Source: Trichoplax adhaerens
Lineage: Eukaryota; Animalia; Placozoa
DNA: 64,000 bases
Direction: 5' to 3'
NCBI RefSeq assembly: GCF_000150275.1
Contig: NW_002060948.1
Coordinates: 754,360 to 818,359 of the forward strand
Numbering within the stretch: position 1 is the stretch's first letter; each line of letters begins with the position of its first letter. The notes beneath the pieces are model-generated. The model was not told where the DNA came from, made no database searches, and worked only from the letters and a program-made list of their open reading frames with translations. A program made the position numbers and the translations under genes. Of the stretch, positions 55,401 to 64,000 are shown in pieces.

Positions 55401-58400
55401 TATTATTTAGCGATGTTGTAAATTTTAATTCCTACTCTATAATGGCATGGGGTCTTTGACTTAGTACTAAGCCAGCAAATAATTCATCTATACAAAATCA
55501 CAATTATTTTAGTATTTAAAAATTTTCTTACGGTTGACAGTTCTTACGTCATGTCATAATGTCTAGAATACTAATATATATAAAGATATAGAGATTATAA
55601 TTACTTGAAAACGTGGGCATATCGTCACAATATACAGCTTCACCAGTTGTCTGTTTTAACGCAGAAGTGTGTACCATAGGCCTCCTTAAAGCATCATCTT
55701 GTGCTTGATTGGAATCCGGTTTCTGAATTAAACACCACGTATAACTTTGTTTCATTCATTGTGATTGTTAGCTACTATATAGGTTTGAATTAACGCGCAG
55801 ATTGCAATTATGCAGTTAATGAATTAACCTCAAACACTTGAATACTTCGAGTAGGATCTTTCTTGAATACTGAGGTTGCACTCAAGTATGAAGGAGGTAT
55901 TTCAGCTTCTATAAAATTCTATCATCAATCGTGGTTATTAGAAATACACCATGAAGATTTAACTTAGAAATTTACTCTATTAATACAACGATAATCCAAG
56001 TTATTATATTTGGATAATTAGAGCTAACAAAAATTAGCTAGTGTTTGAAGATACAGAAATAATTAAATTACATAATAGTGCGTTTATCATTCTATATATA
56101 TTACCTCAGACGGTAGAAGCTGAGAGGTAACTGTTAGATAAAATTTGAAAAAGAAACTGCATACTAGTGCTTTTCTATACTCGACCATTCCGCCTGGAGT
56201 AGAAAAGGCTAGCGGCATATCTTCGTTTAACAAGGGAATTATTAACTCCGTAAGGTTTTTATTCCACTCTCTATGTATAAAAGTTCATTTATATTAATTA
56301 CAAAAATGAAATTCATACCAGCTAAACTATCTACGTAATGTGATGTGCTTTCTATACGTATAATACTCTTAACCGATCTATAAATGTCTTATAACATACG
56401 GTATGTAACGAAATAAAATAAACTACCTTCCAGTTAGAAAATGACTTGCTCGTTGAGCAATGACAGTTACTGGAGCCATCCCTCCAAAGCTTAGTGTACA
56501 ATCTTTGATCAAGTAATTAGATTGTGATAACGATTTTTCAACAACGACTCTCATACCAGCATTAACGATAGATATATCGTCGGAACGTCGACGAGCTTGC
56601 TTAAATCCAAGAAAGTACTCGTTCTAATAACAAAAATTTTTTGGAGTTACCGGTACTTTATAAATAATTATGGATCCTTATTTTTATTAATTAGACGGTT
56701 TTCGTGTTTCATTTTCAAAATATTAAAATTAAGCCTTAGATCGATGATAGTCAAATTATTAACAATATATTGTAGTTACTTTATTTACCAAGTAAATCTT
56801 ACAAAATTATAATAATTTCTTTTGTAACATTCCCAAATATGCGACAGTCATCTATTACTTTACCTCTGAAGTAAATGGAATCAAAATAGAAATTACAACT
56901 TCATCGTCATCTAGACAAGTTTTTCGATAACCAGTAAAGAAAGATTCATCCATAGTTATTACTTTCTTTTCATCTTAAAATAAGATATGAAATATTATAT
57001 TAGAAGCTAATAACCTGACTTTGCAAGTTTCATTTAACAGGTAACGAATATCTATTGGTTACATCGCGGTCGTTAAGAACTAAAAGTAATATAAGTTACT
57101 ATATTTAGGATTATTATCGCGTAAACAGCGAAAAGTGACAAGTAAGCTACTGTATTTAAGATTGTTATCTTATACATTATTATAATATATGATGTCTATT
57201 ACTTGTATCACGATCGTAAAGAACCAAAAGTAACAAACTTCTATATTTATCATTATTATCTTATACATTATTTACTTACTGTCAGCTGATTGAACATATA
57301 GTTTAGTTTTAGAAGCTAGGAATAATGGATTTAAATCAGATATAGGACTTGCTGTCATGATATTGCCTACAATACTCTATCAATCATAAGTATTAAAAAT
57401 AGACCTTTTCTCAAATCTTAATATTAGATGATAAATACGTTTCTAATGAGCAATCTCTATTGGTATTTATTTTAATATGATTTATTAGCTATAACGAACA
57501 AAAGGCATCAAGACGACATCACTAAAGGGTTAATACATAATACTTACACCAACGTTTCTAGTTTGATGACCTGCGAACCAGCGTAACATTTCCACAATCC
57601 CAGCGAAGATTCTCGTTTTGTATTCTATTAATATACGTGCAAATATATAAATATTTGAATATTCGATTGTTAATATATTGCAAGTATAAAGTTGGAAAGC
57701 GATATCTCACCTGGTAGCTTTTCTATAGCATCGCGTAAGATTTGATTCATTTTTGTTAATGAAACACAGCTACCGATTTCGATACCTTCATCACTGTAAT
57801 TTACAACATTTAAAGGAGGAATTTCGCTTGGTGATATTAAGACTGGATAACTAATATCTTTGAATTTCGTTTCTACTCCTGTTATAACATATATATATAT
57901 ACAAAGTAATCAGGAATGCTACTCGTTATTTTTATTTCGTATTATCATGAAAAAATACTAAGAAGTTTGTTAACTATTCTATTATTAGTTATACGTATTA
58001 GAGTATAGATTCATTGAGAACCCCGACATTCGATCGTGATTCGTGTTCCTTACATTTCTGAATTTGCACTAAATTAATCTTATCAGTAAAAGGCTACTGT
58101 GCAAAGATGTCAATATATAAAGTAAACTAACTATTAATGCTAACGATATTTATGAAATTATAACTTAGTCACACAATTAGTTAACTACAAATACTCGCTC
58201 TTGAGTCATTTGTAGTTTATAATAGAGACAAATTTTTATCACCACACTTTCATTCGATATTACATTAGAGTTATTTCTTATTACTCTTGTACGATTATGT
58301 TAACATATTACACAATACCAACCGATTTCTGTATTTCCGATGACAAGCTTCGCTTTCGGATAGTCTCTCTTTAGTGATAGTAATTCATCAAGTGAACATG

Positions 58401-61032
58401 GTCGAAACCATGTAATATTCTTGCCGTGAATTTCTAGACTTGTTGTTGATTTGTCTTTTAATAGCTACAGGTAGTTTTATATTATACAACATAAGTCTTA
58501 TATAAACAAAAACTATAAATAGTAAAATAGTGGATAGATAATAGCCATTTATATCGATTTTACACTATAGTGTACAATAGGATAATGACTAGTATATCTC
58601 TAAATAGGTATTACGATTATATTTATTACCAATAATTCTGGAGGAAATATTATATCTTGAGAGGGGTCATAATCCATGAGATCTGAAAGCTTATATAACT
58701 TGCAATCTAAATCGTTCTACAGATAAATCAAGATAACTTAACTTAATTCTCTAAGTGATTAATATGGAGATACGTTATGAGTATTGAAAGAATTTACCAA
58801 TAAATGTTTTACTTAAAATAAGAAGTATGCATACCATACTGTCTATTTAACAAGGCGTCTACGAATAATATGATGATTTAAAATAACAATCAAGTTAAAT
58901 ATTACCTCTTGGGCTTGTGTTTCAGCTTCTAGTAGCTCTTTCTTGCAACAGTAATTCTAACCCGGTTATTTTTTTTGTAATTTTTATATTAAACATAAAT
59001 AAATACTGTATATGAAGTGTGTTGTCACATTACATACTAACGCATTTTATAGTAACAAGCTATAGATTATTAAGTAGACTTGTCATGATTTATATTACAG
59101 AGAGACTACAACAATATAACGACTATTAGTGAAAAATTAAAGTAAATATCATTTTAGTATACGTTTGATAAGAAATAATTATACCTTGGAAAAAGATTTA
59201 AATCCATCTAATATAGGTCTGTATCCTGTACAACGGCATAAATTACCTGTAATGTTGATGTTAAAATTATGGTGATGTATCGAAATGAAAACGAAATTAA
59301 ATATTAATATATAAATATTTTAAGTAGTCTAATATCAAGGTTTCGATGTGTACAGTAAATTAAACTGTCTAGATGAATATCGCATAAAATCTACATATCT
59401 ATTCTTTTATATCGATTTAATTGTAATGTAATTAACTTTCTCTAAAACTTTTCAGCTTTACACACACGTACTTTCACATGCGTCTTCGATATCTTCTTCA
59501 GTAGGTTGAGAATTATTACGAAGTAGTGTATACATTGACATTACAAATCCAGGTGTACAAAATCCACATTGAGATCCATGAGCTTTAGCGATACGTTCCT
59601 AGTAATGTAGTATTATATCGATTTGTTCTTATTAACTTAATATCTTACGATTATCGTACTTCTATTATATAAAACTGGCATAAATTGAATATAATTAAAA
59701 TATAGTATAGTATGAAATAACTAACACAAACTATTGTTGTATATAATTTGCTTATTGACGATAAGATAATGTATAGTTAAGAGTTAGAAATTAATAAAAC
59801 CTGAACAGGATGAATTTTATTTTCTGTACTTCCAATTCCCTCTACAGTAGTTACTGCAGCATGATCCAAAGTACACAATGGTATAAGACATGAATTAACA
59901 GAATAATGGCTTTCTTTTCGTTAAGGTAGTTATATGGATATCGATAAAGATATATTGTAACATAACGTTTTTAATTACAGTTTCTAATATCTCGATTGTT
60001 ACATTTGTAACGATACAGTAAGTTCTAAATTTGAATATTTAGAGATGGATTGTGTTAGATTAGTACTGTAGTAATAGACATAATTGGTTATGACAATAGA
60101 TAAAAAGGATACATTACTTTTTGTTCGAATTTATCATACTTAGAGACCATAACAGTACACGCGCCACATCCTCCTTCACCGCAAACTAATTTAGTCCCAG
60201 TCAGTCGTACTACGTATTTTAATGTATTTGGAGTTATGGAAAGACAGCAGTAAAGGGAATACATATTGCTATAACACTTCTGATAAAGAAATAGAAGTCA
60301 ATCATAGCAATATGAGGCCTGTTATATTATTAACTAGTGTAGAAGATTAAATCTGCTTTAAATAAAACGTCGATGTAATGTATTGAAGCTATTGTTAACC
60401 TTGTATGAAAAAGTTTGTACAGAGGATAATGATATAATCATGATTACTTTAATAAGTAAGTTGGAATCTATAAATTTCAAGTTATTGAGTTTTATTACTG
60501 TTCAAATTGAAAGATACAGTGATGACGTAGAAAGTATAGTAACGTCCATTCCGGCTGTGGATTGATAGTATACTGTAAGAAAAAGCCAGGATTGTTAATT
60601 TAGTTTATGGTAATATAAATTATAACAATTTAAGATGTATGCTATGATGTTGAATTATTGTTGGGTAATTTATCAGTGGTTTCCGTTCAATTTTGTAGCA
60701 TGTTTATGTACATTATATAGTGTACTTCGCTAAGTACAATATATCCACTTTTGACGGTAAGCGGATACATATTGGACAGTGTAATACTTTAAACGCAATG
60801 ACTCTACAATTAATTAGCCATGTACAATTATTACTTTAATTAATTTCTTCTACTCTATTTATAATAACTGTTGTATAATGTCTACTATGTATTCTACCCT
60901 TGTCCGACAGTACAGTACATTGCTTTTATTGTAATCATCATTTTATCAATATTTATATATCATTTGAAGACCGACCTTGATGCCATTGACATAGAATAGA
61001 ATAGTATCATAGGTAAAATTAGTTTTAGCCAT
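49492..61032 (-). CDS. XDH: Xanthine dehydrogenase-like paralog C, multi-exon with the same intron positions as B where checked
   Basis: Starts [19 protein letters not shown]. Contains [72 protein letters not shown] and GIGEPPLLL. Ends EKPWMIRV*. Confidence 0.93.
59910..60517 (-). other. Two consecutive U12-type introns of paralog C (60210-60517 and 59910-60112)
   Basis: Donors are GTATCTTTC and GTATCCTTTT. Branch sites are TTCCATAAC and ACCTTAAC. Confidence 0.82.
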
Positions 61033-61208
61033 ACTAAGGCAATAAAGGCAATCCAACAGGAGCAAGCCGCGTGTCAGGCAACCAAATAGAGAGAGGCAAG
61101 GGCTTGTAATCTCTTATTACAAGTCTCAACTCCTTGGCCAAATGAAAGAAAAATAAAGAAACTGGGCTGTAATGAATCAGCGGACGACGGCACCCCACAG
61201 CTACCGGT

Positions 61209-61629
61209 GGTCATAGACTACTATCGGCTACTACAGTAAGTTAGAAAACAAGGAAAGCTCGTTAACCTCTCTCAAACAAAAGAAGTGAAAAAATGGCGAG
61301 AATTAGGCCAATGAGAAAACATTTCTTTGTTTTCTTGTCACCATGCCCCTCCTTGATACACCTAGTAAGGGGTATGGTTACAAGACAGCAAGAAATGCTT
61401 GATTATTGCCTGGAGGGTAAGGTCATAGACTGCTACGGGCTACGACAGTAAGTTAGAAAACAAAGGAAAGCTCGTTGGCTTCACTCAAACAAAAGAAGAG
61501 AAAAATCGAGGGGATTAGGGCCAATGAGAAAACGTTTCTTTGTTTTCTTGTCACCATGGCTCTCCTTAATACACCTATTCAGGGGTATGGTTACAAGACA
61601 GCTAGAAATGCTTGCTCATTGGCTGGAGG
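61209..61629. repeat. Tandem duplication (212-bp period, 2 copies), each copy holding a long imperfect inverted repeat; upstream of paralog C
   Basis: GGTCATAGACT occurs at 61209 and 61421. The arms are CATTTCTTTGTTTTCTTGTCACCATGCCCCT and AGGGGTATGGTTACAAGACAGCAAGAAATG. Confidence 0.9.
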
Positions 61630-62310
61630 ATGTGGGAAAATCTGTTTACTGTAGAGTTTTTAGAGTATCGTATCGACTGATCTAAAATCTATCTAAAGTC
61701 TATTCCAGAAATCCCCAATTTTGATACATTCGTTTTCACAACAAAAATCCTACATGTGAGCCCGTCCACCCTGTACAGTACTTTAGGACTAATCGTTGCA
61801 TAATACTGTACACAATTTTATTATTATTATATTTTTTATTAGTAGTACAGTACGTTAATTGCAGTACCCATTTTGCATAGCACGGCATTACCATCATTCC
61901 AAGACAATAACAAGCAACACTTGCTCATTGGCGCCATCCTCAATTATTTTCCTAGTTTTCCTTGGAGACCTATTCGTAGTCTAGGATTTTTTAAGCCGCC
62001 GTAATAACTATACTGGACTACTTACTGGCTAATGCTACTGGACGGTGATGTGTGTTGTATCATCAACTGCAAACTAAAAAAACTACCACGATGGCGATTC
62101 GATTATAGTAGTCCATGGTGGTTATTTGTTAACGGTGATCCAAGGATAAAACGTTGCTCAAATAGCACACCATAGACTACTGATTCTGTATGATAGACTA
62201 CCAAATTCACGTTGAATTTGCGCTTACATTGAAGAAATCAAGCATGTAGAAAAATTTCCCCTTCGTATACTATGGATAAACGATGATGACCTTTCATATC
62301 CTGGACAGGA

Positions 62311-62441
62311 TTACAGTACTCTTCTTGTACCTCCCATCATCAGAAATAGTAATCAAATTATATTATACAGTACAGTATTACAGTTCTCTTCTTGTACCTC
62401 CCATCATCAGAATAGTAATCAAATTATATTATACAGTTCAG
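62311..62441. repeat. Short tandem duplication (~67 bp x2)
   Basis: CTTCTTGTACCTCCCATCATCAGAA and TAGTAATCAAATTATATTATACAGT each occur twice. Confidence 0.9.
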
Positions 62442-63258
62442 CATTGCGATATGTCACGCTCAATGTATTAATTCGATTTACGTATACACAGTACGCACAC
62501 CTATGTCAGCGTCACGTAGTCATCGCAATCCGCTAATGGTACACTTAAAATCGCGCTGTCATTACAGGGGTGCGGCGAGCCCTCGAAAATGGTTAAAAGA
62601 TGTTCGGCTATAGTGTTGCCTTATTAAATTATATCTTTAAATTGTGTCGCAAATAATCATTCAAATATGTGTATCGTTACACTAATACACTAAGTCCAAA
62701 TCGTAGCGTAATGTCACGTCTGATAATTATAATTATAATAGATAAGTTATAAGTTATAATAATCATAGACTACAAATTATCAACATGTTATGTTATCAAA
62801 ATGCTTGTCTGTGTCGTGTCTAGGAATTTAGAAACTTAAATATTTGTATAGTACGATGCTGCTAAGTTACAAAACGATCCATTACTGTTACAGCTAGAAT
62901 CTTAGAACAAAAGAAGTCTGAAGACTTCTATGGCATTGTTTCACACGATCATTCAATTACTCTACTAATGTGTGCACAGTGCAACCTTCAATAAAGTCAA
63001 TTAATTAGTAGCAAAGCGCGAGCTGCATTTTATGAAAAGTATCGCTAGTCAACCTCAAGATCCATCACAATTTATTGGTAGCAGAATTGTCATATATATA
63101 TAATCGATATCAACATGGCTGGGCCTTCAATGTACTGTATATGGGTACTGACGACAGTACTGTACACTGTACAGTACATCACAATCATGACTTTTAATTA
63201 AACACATTTATCACAGTACAAAACTGTACGGATGATCTATTTCATCTTCAGTCATATA

Positions 63259-64000
63259 ACACTTTATTACAAGTGTCTTGTGCAGCAGCTAGTTTTTCGT
63301 GATCTCCTATAAATTTTTAGCAAAAACGATGGTAAAAAGATAGCTATTAAGTATAATTCGAGCTCAAGCGTTTGCATCATCTTAGCCTATCAAAAGGTAT
63401 ACAAATACTCTAATATTCACAAGAGGTAGCAACTGGTTTAGTAGTTTATTCCTGTTCAATATTTTTTTTCAGTTACATGATTGCAAATCGCTTTATGATA
63501 CTATGAATAGCCAATCTACATGCTGATATAGAATTCCCAAATATGAGTTGCACAAACAAGAAAATCTTTCCATTAAGAAGAAATAGAAGGAAAATAAAAA
63601 TAACTTTCATGATTGTGATACAATGTCAGCGGTTCTTCTAGATGAATTAATAATTCCTTTTCCCTTATTAAGATCATCAAATAACGTATAACAATTTGGG
63701 ACTCTTTAGGTAAAAATGATTTATAGGCAGTAAACACGAGTATCTGTCGATCTAATTGTACAAGGTACTCAGAACAACAAGCAATAGCGTATCAATCTGG
63801 TAACATTTTACAGTAATTATGCTTATATTCATAGTAATTAATTTAAAATCCAGATATACTCAATGGAAAGCAAGTGCCAATTGCAGATAGAAACTGGTTA
63901 AGAAAAGTAAATCATATGAAATGAAGTCGCGACAGTGCTAGAAAGTCATCGCATAACAAATCATATAGGGGATTATAATGAAATATCGCTGCCATTAAGA
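63259..64000. repeat. Dispersed repeat copy 2, truncated by the window end
   Basis: Colinear with 47375-48180, with several indels. Confidence 0.9.

Noticed and set aside
63259-64000. Coding (GPCR-like) remnant on the minus strand of the dispersed repeat
   Set aside because: Frames are not preserved between the two copies and there is no convincing motif. BLASTx is needed.

Overview
AT-rich, intron-dense eukaryotic DNA. The genes are animal-type, and the compact short-intron layout suggests an early-branching metazoan such as a placozoan (inference only). The ORF track shows only exon fragments, so genes were assembled by hand across splice sites. In order: the 3' part of RNASEH2C (+); DPP3 (-); a 3 x 303-bp structured tandem repeat with telomere-like TTAGGG linkers in the DPP3/MRPS10 divergent gap; MRPS10 (+); and three apparently full-length xanthine dehydrogenase/aldehyde oxidase family paralogs (A -, B +, C -) of about 39 exons each. 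Paralog A has lost the XDH purine-binding and NAD-site residues and looks like an aldehyde-oxidase-type enzyme. Introns 2 and 3 of the paralogs are minor-spliceosome (U12) introns at different stages of drift toward U2 type. A solo LTR with a 5-bp target-site duplication and several local or dispersed repeats are also present.
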